Source: Bacillota bacterium (GTDB lineage: Bacteria > Bacillota > SHA-98 > UBA4971). From it: a stretch of DNA of 64,000 bases. The stretch is from assembly GCA_050261335.1 (NCBI GenBank), contig JBLNDE010000050.1:7435-71434 (forward strand). Reading direction: 5' to 3'. The notes under the pieces are model-generated. The model searched no databases and was not told the origin of the DNA. It saw only the letters and a list, made by a program, of their open reading frames with translations. The translations under genes were made by a program, and so were the position numbers. Each line of letters opens with the position of its first letter. Position 1 is the first letter of the stretch. Below are positions 7,056 to 15,471 of the stretch, in pieces.

Positions 7056-7412
7056 ATGACCTTTGGGCAGCGACTGAAAGGCCTTCGTGAGTCCTGCAAA
7101 ATGTCGCGAGACGATCTCGCTACAAGGCTAGGACTATCTTATTGGGCTGTTGCCAAGTATGAGCAGGACGAAAGAGTTCCGGACCATGAGGTCTTAGGCC
7201 GGATCGCGGGTCTTTTTGGGACCAGCATAGACTACCTCCTCGGCCGCACCGACGATCCCACTCCACTACCCACTACGCGTGACGAAGCCGTCGAGACCAC
7301 AGCAGCCCACCGGACAGACGATCCAATGGCCGAGCTTCCCGAGGAGGCCAGGAAAAGCCTGAGAGAGTTCCAGGAATACATTCTCAAGAAGTACGGCAAG
7401 AAAACCGAATAG
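7056..7412 (+). CDS. XRE-family repressor, ImmR-like (118 aa, HTH plus C-terminal tail)
   Basis: LKGLRESCKMSRDDLATRLGLSYWAVAKYEQDERVPDHEVLGRIAGLFGTSIDYLLG. Followed by an ImmA-type gene, as in ImmR/ImmA modules. Confidence 0.85.
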   Translation: MTFGQRLKGLRESCKMSRDDLATRLGLSYWAVAKYEQDERVPDHEVLGRIAGLFGTSIDYLLGRTDDPTPLPTTRDEAVETTAAHRTDDPMAELPEEARKSLREFQEYILKKYGKKTE

Positions 7413-7454
7413 CTCGTATGCTCAAGCACCAGTGCATCACCGGAGGGACCCCAG

Positions 7455-7901
7455 GTGCCTTATTCACTCATCTCACTTGCTTACGAGGAAGGCATCAAAG
7501 TCGAGTACTGGGACTTCGAGCCGCCCCTTGAAGGCGTTTACTGGCGGAAACCAGGGCTTCCGCCCGTCATCGGGATATCGCGGAGGCTGTTCGACAACCG
7601 CAGACACTTCCGGTCTGTCCTGGCCGAGGAACTCGGGCACCACTTCACCACAGTGGGGTGCTACGTTCCGGAGGTCTGGCTTCATTACGCGGACAGACTG
7701 AACGCGGGCCGAGCCGAGTACCGGGCCGCGCGATGGGCTGCCGCGTACCTTATCCCGGCGGACAAGCTGTGTGAGACACTGAGTCGGGGCACGACTGATG
7801 TGTGGGAGCTAGCGGATCGGTTCGAAGTCGACGAGCCGCTGGTGAGACTGAGGTTGACGACGCTTCAGGCAACGCGCGGCGTGGTGGGCGGAAAAACATG
7901 A
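7455..7901 (+). CDS. ImmA/IrrE-family (M78-like) metallopeptidase-domain protein with a variant zinc motif
   Basis: 148 aa. Its position after an XRE repressor, its size, and the LAEELGHH segment align to the family motif (l-A-H-E-l-G-H). The first His is Glu (codon GAG 7626-7628). RBS GGAGGG. Confidence 0.75.
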   Translation: MPYSLISLAYEEGIKVEYWDFEPPLEGVYWRKPGLPPVIGISRRLFDNRRHFRSVLAEELGHHFTTVGCYVPEVWLHYADRLNAGRAEYRAARWAAAYLIPADKLCETLSRGTTDVWELADRFEVDEPLVRLRLTTLQATRGVVGGKT

Positions 7902-8983
7902 GCGCCGAAGCCGCACGGGCGGCTGGAACGCTATTGCCGACATCCGTTTTCAGGGAGGCGGTGACCTTGAGAAAGGGTATTGCTCTGGCACTCGTGGTCA
8001 TCACGGCTCTTGGGGTTGGCGGCTGCATTGGGCGTCGTCCCACGCAGGTCGCTCGGTTCCGCATCACAGACGTCAAGTTCCGCAAGCTCGCCGGGGCTCC
8101 GAGTGGAACCCTCTCCAGGGACGGCAGCGTCGTAAACGGCCGATTCCTCATCGCATACGAACGCGCCAACGCCACGGCCGTGGTCTTCGACTGGGCCTTT
8201 GGCCAACATGACCCCGATCAGCCCTGGCATGCCGCCGGCTCTGACTCGGACCTGGACGGGCAATACACGTTCGACACGACCTTCACAAGCGTCAATTGGG
8301 TAACGATCCGAGGGACAGCGACGACGCCCGGAGGCCAGGTCGTCGTCGATCAGCGTGTCGTGAATATCGACAACCGGCCTCCGGATGTCTCGGTTAGCCC
8401 AAGAGACCGGTCGGTGTTGAACAGCCCACCCACTGCGATTGTCATCAATGTAGTGGACGGCGGGGCAACCGAGGGAACGGATGAGGCCGGTACCGAGGTC
8501 AGTGTTACCGTTGACGGCTCACCGTTGACCTGTTCTCGCACGGATCTTGAAGATCAGATCCAGCTTGTGCCGCAAGGTGCCTGGCCGAACGGCCTGTACG
8601 AGGCTACGGTTACCCCGAAGGACATCACGGGGAACGTAGGAAATCCAGTCAGTTCGCAGTTTACCCTGAACCAAGCGATTGTCGGCTCGCCCCCGGCCAT
8701 CTCTATAGTAAACCCTGTAAGCGGCACAATCGTAAGTGGTACCGTGGGTATAACCTATGCTGCATCTCCGGACGTTGCCCGAATTTGGATCGATTACGCG
8801 TTCGGACAATCGGAACCTCTAGCATGGCAAGAGATCGAGGAAGACATAACCGTAGACGGTTCCTATCTCTTGGACACGACATTCACAGGGCGCAACTGGG
8901 TTTCCATTCGGCTGTTTGCCGAGTCAACCAATGGGCTCACGGCAGTGAGCGATTCCATAGCTCTTAATATCCAGAATCCCTAG
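7898..8983 (+). CDS. Lipoprotein with an internal duplication and Ig-like/beta-sandwich character
   Basis: The ATG at 7898 overlaps the ImmA stop (ATGA). Signal peptide plus lipobox-like ALGVGGC. Two related segments: FDWAFGQHDP...DGQYTFDTTFTSVNWVTIRG...VVNIDN and IDYAFGQSEP...DGSYLLDTTFTGRNWVSIRL...ALNIQN. Confidence 0.7.
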   Translation: MSAEAARAAGTLLPTSVFREAVTLRKGIALALVVITALGVGGCIGRRPTQVARFRITDVKFRKLAGAPSGTLSRDGSVVNGRFLIAYERANATAVVFDWAFGQHDPDQPWHAAGSDSDLDGQYTFDTTFTSVNWVTIRGTATTPGGQVVVDQRVVNIDNRPPDVSVSPRDRSVLNSPPTAIVINVVDGGATEGTDEAGTEVSVTVDGSPLTCSRTDLEDQIQLVPQGAWPNGLYEATVTPKDITGNVGNPVSSQFTLNQAIVGSPPAISIVNPVSGTIVSGTVGITYAASPDVARIWIDYAFGQSEPLAWQEIEEDITVDGSYLLDTTFTGRNWVSIRLFAESTNGLTAVSDSIALNIQNP

Positions 8984-9009
8984 ACCATCGGGAGGGGGAT
9001 CCTGTTCCG

Positions 9010-9105
9010 ATGAGCCTTCTCTACTACGGCGACAGACTTCGCGTCGGCAGGACGCTCGCCGCGGTGGAGACGGCGAAGGCACAAAGCACTAGGGAAGCTG
9101 GATAA
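9010..9105 (+). pseudogene. Remnant carrying a duplicated methyltransferase 5' end (MSLLYYGD... then unrelated, 31 aa)
   Basis: 9010-9034 (ATGAGCCTTCTCTACTACGGCGACA) matches 10808-10832 (ATGAACCTTCTCTACTACGGCGACA) at 24/25 positions. Both are preceded by a GGAGG-type RBS. Confidence 0.45.
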
Positions 9106-9186
9106 TCTGACTTTCGCTTTCGCCATATAGGGAGACATCACTTACGGCTTTGGGTGGCCGCGCATGCTTCAGCATAGGAAAGGGGC

Positions 9187-9729
9187 GTGAATCGCGTGCC
9201 AAAGAACATGCGCGGAAACTTGATCGGGCTCGCCGTTATCATAGGGCTCGCTATCTCTTTGACCGGATGTCTCGGCGGAGGAGGCCCATCAGTAGATACC
9301 ATAGTACGTGGCGAGGTCAATGCATTACTGGACAGGCTTGAAGTCGCCTTTCTGACAGAAGATGTAGACCTAGCATTGTCGTGTTACTCTGACCCGTTCG
9401 TTGTGGTGACGGGCAGCTCGGAAACGACTTATACACACGCTCAACAGCGCAGCGTTTTCGAACTAGCATTCGCCCTCGTAGACTATCTGATTTATGATGT
9501 TATCAACCGTCAGATCGTCGTCATTGACGCCGCAAGCGCTGTCGCCACATGCGACATTCACATTAAGGGGACAAACCCATCGACGGGGACCATCGAAGAA
9601 ATGGACCACGTAGAGCTGACAATACGCAAGATAGCTGACCAGTGGAGGATCACGAAGTATAAGTTACTGCAGGTGACGCCGCTTTCTCAGGTAGTGATGC
9701 CGGAGGCAATGAGGGCGCCAGCGAGGTAG
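9187..9729 (+). CDS. Lipoprotein, possibly with an NTF2/SnoaL-like fold
   Basis: Signal peptide with lipobox LTGC. Region by eye more A/T-rich than its surroundings. The fold guess is low confidence. Confidence 0.65.
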   Translation: MNRVPKNMRGNLIGLAVIIGLAISLTGCLGGGGPSVDTIVRGEVNALLDRLEVAFLTEDVDLALSCYSDPFVVVTGSSETTYTHAQQRSVFELAFALVDYLIYDVINRQIVVIDAASAVATCDIHIKGTNPSTGTIEEMDHVELTIRKIADQWRITKYKLLQVTPLSQVVMPEAMRAPAR

Positions 9730-9796
9730 TTAGTACATGCGTGCGCGGCCACCTGGAAGAACACCGTGATTCGGTCGCATCAGGAGGACAGCTGCA

Positions 9797-10228
9797 ATGC
9801 GTACGTTTCGAGTCTTGTTTCTTGGTTTCCTTGTCCTTCTCTCCCTCTCCACCCTGGTCTTCGCCGCCTCCCCGGTCCGCGTCATCGTCAACGGCGTCGA
9901 CCTCGGTCCGGCCGCCCAGGGGCAGGTTATAGACGGCCAGGTGATGGTCCCGCTAAGGGCCGTGGCGGAGGCCCTGGGCGCCGACGTGAAGTGGGACCCG
10001 GTGGCGTCGTGTGTCTACGTCACGACCGCAGGGGCCACCGAGGTCTCCGAGGAGCCGGCACCGGCGCCGGCGGAGAAGAAAGAGGTCACGGTCTACATCA
10101 CGAAGACCGGGAGCAAGTACCATCGGTTGGGATGCCGGTACTTGTCCAAGAGTTGCATCCCCATCAGCCTCGAGGACGCGAAGGCGAGGGGGTACAGCCC
10201 GTGCAGCGTGTGCGGGGCGCCGCAGTAG
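9797..10228 (+). CDS. Secreted protein: copper-amine-oxidase N-terminal-like (stalk) domain plus a Cys-rich C-terminal motif
   Basis: Signal peptide ...LVFAAS. VNGVDLGPAAQGQVIDGQVMVPLRAVAEALGADVKWD is typical of the Cu_amine_oxidN1-like domain. The C-terminus reads TGSKYHRLGCRYL...YSPCSVCG. RBS AGGAGG. Confidence 0.7.
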   Translation: MRTFRVLFLGFLVLLSLSTLVFAASPVRVIVNGVDLGPAAQGQVIDGQVMVPLRAVAEALGADVKWDPVASCVYVTTAGATEVSEEPAPAPAEKKEVTVYITKTGSKYHRLGCRYLSKSCIPISLEDAKARGYSPCSVCGAPQ

Positions 10229-10290
10229 ACATGATGCTCACCGTCCTAGAGGCAGCGGGGGTGTGAGCCAAGGAAGGTGGGAGTAGTGCA

Positions 10291-10791
10291 GTGTCAATGC
10301 GGAATGTGCTTCCCTTGCTGGCAGCGTTATTGGTCTTGCTGCCATCCTGGCAATCTGCGGAGGCTCAGGAGCCCAAGCCTGACGTCCCGGCGGTCTTCGA
10401 AAGCATAGAATTGATCATCGAGCCTCAGCAGACACTTGTGAAGCTGACGGTAAAGGCGGTAAACCGCTTCTCGTATGCGCTGACCATCAACCCTTTGACC
10501 GAGTCGGCGCTGCGGGACAACCTCGGCAATGAGTATAAGCCCCTCGGGCTCGTGGAGAAAAAGGACCTACTCACGGGGAAGTTCGGCGGCGGGCTGATGA
10601 ACCCAGAGAAACGCTCGGGCTGTCTTGTCTTCCCTGCACTGCGCGAAGGTGTGACGACAGTGGCGTTCGTCCTGCCCGTGAGGCGTCAGAGAACATTGTC
10701 TCAGATCGTAATGTCTCAACTTCAGGGTGACGTGTTCACGCTATCCAAGATATGGCTTATGGGAGATGGGGACATAAAGCCGCTAAATTAG
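10291..10791 (+). CDS. Secreted hypothetical protein (166 aa)
   Basis: Signal peptide ...SWQSAEAQE. No secure family; possibly DUF4352-like beta-sandwich. Confidence 0.6.
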   Translation: MSMRNVLPLLAALLVLLPSWQSAEAQEPKPDVPAVFESIELIIEPQQTLVKLTVKAVNRFSYALTINPLTESALRDNLGNEYKPLGLVEKKDLLTGKFGGGLMNPEKRSGCLVFPALREGVTTVAFVLPVRRQRTLSQIVMSQLQGDVFTLSKIWLMGDGDIKPLN

Positions 10792-10807
10792 GAGGCCTGC
10801 TTGCACG

Positions 10808-12433
10808 ATGAACCTTCTCTACTACGGCGACAATCTCGACATACTGCGGCAATACATACCAGACGAATCAGTCGATCTCATCTACCTCGACCCGCCCTTT
10901 AACAGCAAGGCCACCTACAACGTGCTCTTCGCCGAGAAGAACGGCACGGCGTCGGCCGCCCAGGTGAAGGCCTTCGAAGACACGTGGCACTGGGACCAGC
11001 AGGCCCAGGCGACGTTCGTAGAGGTGACCCACAGGGGGCCGCCCAAGCTCGCGGCGCTGCTCGATGCGCTATACAAGTTCCTCGGACCTAACGATATGAT
11101 GGCGTACTTGAGCATGATGGCGATCAGGCTGGTGGAGTTACACCGGGTGCTGAAGTCGACGGGAAGCATCTACATGCATTGTGACCCGACGGCGAGCCAT
11201 TACCTGAAGCTGGTCATGGATGCGGTATTCGGACATGACAAGTTCCGCAACGAGATCGTGTGGCAAAGGGCAGCACCGAAGGGACACGCGTTCACTAGGT
11301 ACCCTTCTGCGCACGACACCCTGCTTTTCTACGGTAGGTCCTCCTTTACCGTCTGGAACACACCGTATTCACCACACCGGGAGGGCTACATTCAGAGCCA
11401 CTACGCTCATGTAGAGCCGGAGACCGGTCGCCGATTTACGCTTGGAGACTGTCTAAACCCTAACCCCGACCGCCCCAATTTGACTTACGAGTGGAATGGA
11501 CATACTCGAGTCTGGCGCTGGACAAGAGACAAGATGCAGCAGCTACACGACCAGGGGCGACTGGTGTATACTCGGACGGGTATCCCACGGTACAAACGTT
11601 ATCTAGATGAGATGCCGGGAACGCCAGTGACTTCAGTCTGGGCTGACATTCCACCAATAAACTCCATGGCGCGAGAACGACTTGGCTATCCAACCCAGAA
11701 GCCAGAAGCTCTTCTCGAGCGCATCATCGCGGCAAGCACTAATAAGGGCGATGTTGTCCTCGACCCCTTCTGCGGATGCGGCACAACCATATCAGCCGCC
11801 GAGAGACTCAAGCGTCAGTGGATAGGCATAGACATCACCCACCTGGCCATCGGCCTTATACGCCACCGACTCCAGAGCATGTTCGGTTCCGACCTGTCTG
11901 AATACCAGGTCATCGGCGAGCCCAAGGATCTCGCGAGTGCCGGAACCCTTGCCGAAGAAGACCGCTACCAGTTCCAATTCTGGGCCCTCGGCATGGTCGG
12001 CGCGCGGCCGATCGGCGAGAAGAAGAAGGGCGCGGACCGCGGTATAGACGGCATAATGTTCTTCCACGACGAGGTGCATGGGGACAAGCTCGGGCCCGTC
12101 AAGAGCGTCGTCGTCCAGGTGAAGAGTGGCCACGTGAACTCCGGAATGGTCCGCGATCTCAAAGGCACAATGGAGCGCGAGAAGGCGAGCATCGGGGTGT
12201 TCATCACGTTGAACGAGCCGACGAGGGAGATGGTGAAGGAGGCTGCCACGGCGGGGTTCTATGAGTCTCCGCTCGGACAGCAGTATCCACGGCTTCAGAT
12301 CCTCACCGTCCGGGAGATGCTCGAGGGGAAACGTATCCTGATGCCTTCGGAGCTCGCGAGGGTGGACACGACGTTCAAGAAGGCCGCAAGGCACAGGGCC
12401 AAGCCGGTGACGAAGGCGATGGAGTTCGGCTGA
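10808..12433 (+). CDS. Beta-class N6-adenine/N4-cytosine DNA methyltransferase fused to a C-terminal Mrr_cat-like restriction-endonuclease domain
   Basis: Motif IV (LIYLDPPFNS) lies N-terminal to motif I (VVLDPFCGCGTT), as in the beta class. The C-terminal ~150 aa (GADRGIDGI...VVVQVKSGHVNSGMVRDLKG...IGVFITL) match the D...QxK Mrr-type nuclease core. Confidence 0.88.
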   Translation: MNLLYYGDNLDILRQYIPDESVDLIYLDPPFNSKATYNVLFAEKNGTASAAQVKAFEDTWHWDQQAQATFVEVTHRGPPKLAALLDALYKFLGPNDMMAYLSMMAIRLVELHRVLKSTGSIYMHCDPTASHYLKLVMDAVFGHDKFRNEIVWQRAAPKGHAFTRYPSAHDTLLFYGRSSFTVWNTPYSPHREGYIQSHYAHVEPETGRRFTLGDCLNPNPDRPNLTYEWNGHTRVWRWTRDKMQQLHDQGRLVYTRTGIPRYKRYLDEMPGTPVTSVWADIPPINSMARERLGYPTQKPEALLERIIAASTNKGDVVLDPFCGCGTTISAAERLKRQWIGIDITHLAIGLIRHRLQSMFGSDLSEYQVIGEPKDLASAGTLAEEDRYQFQFWALGMVGARPIGEKKKGADRGIDGIMFFHDEVHGDKLGPVKSVVVQVKSGHVNSGMVRDLKGTMEREKASIGVFITLNEPTREMVKEAATAGFYESPLGQQYPRLQILTVREMLEGKRILMPSELARVDTTFKKAARHRAKPVTKAMEFG

Positions 12434-12606
12434 CGGTAGGCGTAGAGACGAGAGGGTACGGAGCATGCAGCGTGTGCGGGACAGAGGGGTAGCGCTGTAA
12501 GACAAGCACCAGCCCCTGAGTCTCGGACTACAGGAGGTGAACTTCAGCGGTTCGGACACATGTGGTATGATTGAAGCAGTCGCGAAGCCAAGAGGGGGCG
12601 AAGCAA

Positions 12607-13368
12607 GTGGAGAAGAGCTTCACGTACAAGTTGCCCGGAGCCAAACCGAACGCCATACCTCTCTCCAATCTAGGGCAGATCCTGAAGGCCATAGAGGATT
12701 TCGTGATGGGTCTTTGGGAAGCTGAAGGCGGAGAAGCCAATCCCCCTACGCTCAGCCTTATAGGCATTGGTGAAGGGAGTACTTGCCTAGAGTTGGCTGC
12801 GTCCGAGCCCGAGGAGACCCTTCCGATAGTCCGCAGGGGGTTCTCTGCGCTTGCCCGCGGTCAGCATAGGGGTTTCCCAGAGAGAGCCAGCCGCGCTGTC
12901 CATACTCTCAGGCAGGCAGCGCAGCGTTGGGGCCGAGCCGAGGTGTACGTGGGCCAAGAGTTGGTTGCCAGGATAGAGGAGACAATTGGAGCCGCCGAGC
13001 CCGTCACAGTCAGGGGACAGACGGTCCTATATGGCACCTTACAGAGGATCGGTGGAATCACGCCGAAAGCGGTGATAGCGCCCGACTCTGGAGGCCGGGG
13101 CATTTCGTGCGACATCAGCAGGGAACTTGCTAAGCAGATAGCTCCCAGGATCTATACGCGTATCTGTGTCACGGGAGTTGCCGAATACGACATAGCAGAC
13201 TGGTCCATTCTGTCCTTCAAGATTGAAGCGCCGCTTGACTATGAGGAATTGCCCGTCACGGAAGCTCTTGCTCGCCTGTACAAGGCAAGCCCGAAGGCGT
13301 GGGAAGGGATCGCAGACGTTCAAGCATACATCTCGCGCCTCAGAAGTGAGGAGGGTGACGATTGCTGA
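12607..13368 (+). CDS. Unknown protein (~253 aa; ORF open from TTG 12571), upstream partner of the PIN gene
   Basis: GTG at 12607 preceded by AGAGGGGG. Coding-like composition. Its 3' end overlaps the PIN start by 7 nt. No recognisable domain. Confidence 0.6.
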   Translation: MEKSFTYKLPGAKPNAIPLSNLGQILKAIEDFVMGLWEAEGGEANPPTLSLIGIGEGSTCLELAASEPEETLPIVRRGFSALARGQHRGFPERASRAVHTLRQAAQRWGRAEVYVGQELVARIEETIGAAEPVTVRGQTVLYGTLQRIGGITPKAVIAPDSGGRGISCDISRELAKQIAPRIYTRICVTGVAEYDIADWSILSFKIEAPLDYEELPVTEALARLYKASPKAWEGIADVQAYISRLRSEEGDDC

Positions 13369-13904
13369 TCTTTGTGGACACGCAGATCCTGATCTGGGGT
13401 GTGAGGCAATTCGCCAGTGCAGGGCAAGAGGGCATGATAGATATGGCTAGAGCCTTCTTTCAGCAGGTACAAGCACAAGGGGACCAGGTTGGCATCGCAG
13501 CACCGACTCTTGCCGAGTACCTAGTGAGGACGCCTGAGGCCGACCGCCAAAAGGTAGTTGCCGAGTTCCAACGGTGTTTCTGCGTTTACCCATTTGACTG
13601 TGGGGCGGCCGCCCAAGGCGCGCAGTTGTGGTCGAGGGTTCATGGAGGAAAGAGCCTCGGGGAAGTAGCCAAGGAGATCGGAGCTAGAAGATATGAACTC
13701 AAGGTTGATCATCAAGTAGTCAGCATCGCGGTCCATCGCGGCGCTTCGCGGCTTTATACGCACGACGAGTTCATGCTCCGGTTCGCCAAGCCCTTCATAC
13801 GCGCCGAGAAGCTGCCCCCAACACAGGGGCGTCTTCCGTTGGAGCTGGAGCCAGGCTCGGCTATAGTCGAAATCGCCTCCTCGACAGACGATTTGGGAAC
13901 GTGA
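13362..13904 (+). CDS. PIN-domain (VapC-like) putative ribonuclease
   Basis: MLIFVDTQILIW..., LAEYL, KVDHQVV and YTHDEF place four acidic residues in the PIN pattern. TTG start preceded by GAGGAGGG. Confidence 0.72.
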   Translation: MLIFVDTQILIWGVRQFASAGQEGMIDMARAFFQQVQAQGDQVGIAAPTLAEYLVRTPEADRQKVVAEFQRCFCVYPFDCGAAAQGAQLWSRVHGGKSLGEVAKEIGARRYELKVDHQVVSIAVHRGASRLYTHDEFMLRFAKPFIRAEKLPPTQGRLPLELEPGSAIVEIASSTDDLGT

Positions 13905-14130
13905 GGCAAGCCCAGGTGTAGGCCAAAGCCATACGGCCAAGAGCGCTTTTCCATGTGTGGACATTTGGGATACTGCTATAGGTTCCTTCACGAGAGGCAA
14001 CACTGCATACGAGGCTACATCTAGGAATGCAGGCCTGGCACATGATCCACCGACACCTTCGGCGCCGATTTACTCTTCCGTGAGAGGATGTCCATACACT
14101 AGCTCTGCATGATCGTAAGAGGTGAGCCAC

Positions 14131-15372
14131 ATGGCAAAGAAGAAGATCCGCGCCTGGGGCGACGGCCAGATCAAGCAGCTCGGCGAGGACAAGTGGCTAG
14201 TGCGGGCCTCGGGCGGCACAGACGCCGACGGGCGGCGAATCCGACCATCGCAAGTCGTTTATGGGTCCCAGGCCCAGGCTAAGAGAGTCCTGCGGGAGCT
14301 ACAGGGGGAATTGGATGACGGGACCTACATCGCGCCTGAGGATATGACCCTCGGCGACTGGCTCCGCGAGTGGTTTCAGGCCGAGTACGGGTGCAAGATC
14401 GGAGACCCCAGAGGGACTATTTTGGAAACAGCCAAAGCAGGGACGACCGCCAGGCGCTACGAGAGCATCATCCGTCTGCACATCATACCCGCTATTGGGA
14501 AGGTGCCCATCCAGCGCCTCCGCGGCACACATCTTCGGCGCTATTTCGACGAGATAAGCAAGACCCAAAGCATGGCGACGCTCGAACTCCACTACATGGT
14601 GCTTCACTCCGCGTTGGACGCGGCGGTGCGAGAACACATAGTGAGGGAGAACGTGGCCTCGAGCATGATGGGCAAGCCGACCCGCGACCGCGACGACTCG
14701 CCCGCGGATGTGCTCGAGAACTGCTGGGAGGCAGACGAGGCCGCGCGATTCATCGCTACGGCAAGAGAAGCGGGCCCACAGTGGGCGGCATTCTTTACCC
14801 TAGCCCTCGACTCTGGGATGAGGAAAGGCGAGCTCTGCGCCCTCATGTGGAAGGATGTTGATTGGGACGCCGGGACGATCCAGATCGAGCGGTCGCTCAT
14901 ACGGGCTTCCAAGCAGCCGCTGTTCGGCCCTGTGAAGAATAGGCGGCCGCGCACAATCATGATTGCCCCCGAGACCCTGGCGCTTCTGAAGGCGCACCGC
15001 AAACACCAGGTAGAGATCAAGCTCCGCATGGGCGAGGCGTACAACGACTTCGGGCTCGTCTTTGCCAAGGAACCGGACAAGTACCGCCGGAAGGACGTGG
15101 TCGGATGCCCGCTTCAGGCGAACAACCTCGGCGAGAGGGAGTTCTTGCGGCTCATACAGGGGGCGGGAGTGCGCCCCGTCAAGTTCCACGGGCTGCGCCA
15201 CACCTGCGCGACGCTGCTCCTGAAGGCGCGGGTACCGGTCCACTACGTCGCCGCTCGGCTCGGACATACCGACGTCGGGACGACGCTCAGGATCTACGCC
15301 CACGCGATTCCGTCGGGGGAGAAGGAGATGCTGAATGACCTCCGGCGCGCTCTCGGGCTGTCGGACAAATGA
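14131..15372 (+). CDS. int: Tyrosine site-specific integrase
   Basis: C-terminal catalytic region HGLRHTCATLLL...LGHTDVGTTLRIYAH. The N-terminal arm/SAM-like region is typical of phage integrases. ATG at 14131 preceded by AAGAGGTGA (ORF open from 14122). Confidence 0.9.
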   Translation: MAKKKIRAWGDGQIKQLGEDKWLVRASGGTDADGRRIRPSQVVYGSQAQAKRVLRELQGELDDGTYIAPEDMTLGDWLREWFQAEYGCKIGDPRGTILETAKAGTTARRYESIIRLHIIPAIGKVPIQRLRGTHLRRYFDEISKTQSMATLELHYMVLHSALDAAVREHIVRENVASSMMGKPTRDRDDSPADVLENCWEADEAARFIATAREAGPQWAAFFTLALDSGMRKGELCALMWKDVDWDAGTIQIERSLIRASKQPLFGPVKNRRPRTIMIAPETLALLKAHRKHQVEIKLRMGEAYNDFGLVFAKEPDKYRRKDVVGCPLQANNLGEREFLRLIQGAGVRPVKFHGLRHTCATLLLKARVPVHYVAARLGHTDVGTTLRIYAHAIPSGEKEMLNDLRRALGLSDK

Positions 15373-15399
15373 GGCGTCTAGCTGCATGAAAACGAAAAT

Positions 15400-15431
15400 G
15401 GACAACGGTTGGACAATACCAGCCGTTGTCC
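15400..15431. terminator. Bidirectional hairpin terminator between int and tRNA-His
   Basis: GGACAACGG (15400-15408) pairs with CCGTTGTCC (15423-15431). T-rich tracts lie on both sides: GTTTACGTTTTCC on plus and ATTTTCGTTTTC on minus. Confidence 0.5.
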
Positions 15432-15471
15432 GTTTACGTTTTCCCAGCGTACGAGTCCTATAATAATAGGA

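Larger units (their letters stand above)
1..15471. mobile_element. Right-hand part of a temperate prophage / phage-like integrative element inserted beside tRNA-His
   Basis: The tyrosine integrase (14131-15372) reads toward the 3' end of tRNA-His (15472-15548). The block contains two divergent XRE switches, an ImmA protease, an excisionase-type HTH, SbcCD-like nucleases, exported moron-like proteins, a methyltransferase and a PIN module. It is visibly less GC-rich than the flanking core genes. The left boundary is outside the window. Confidence 0.75.
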
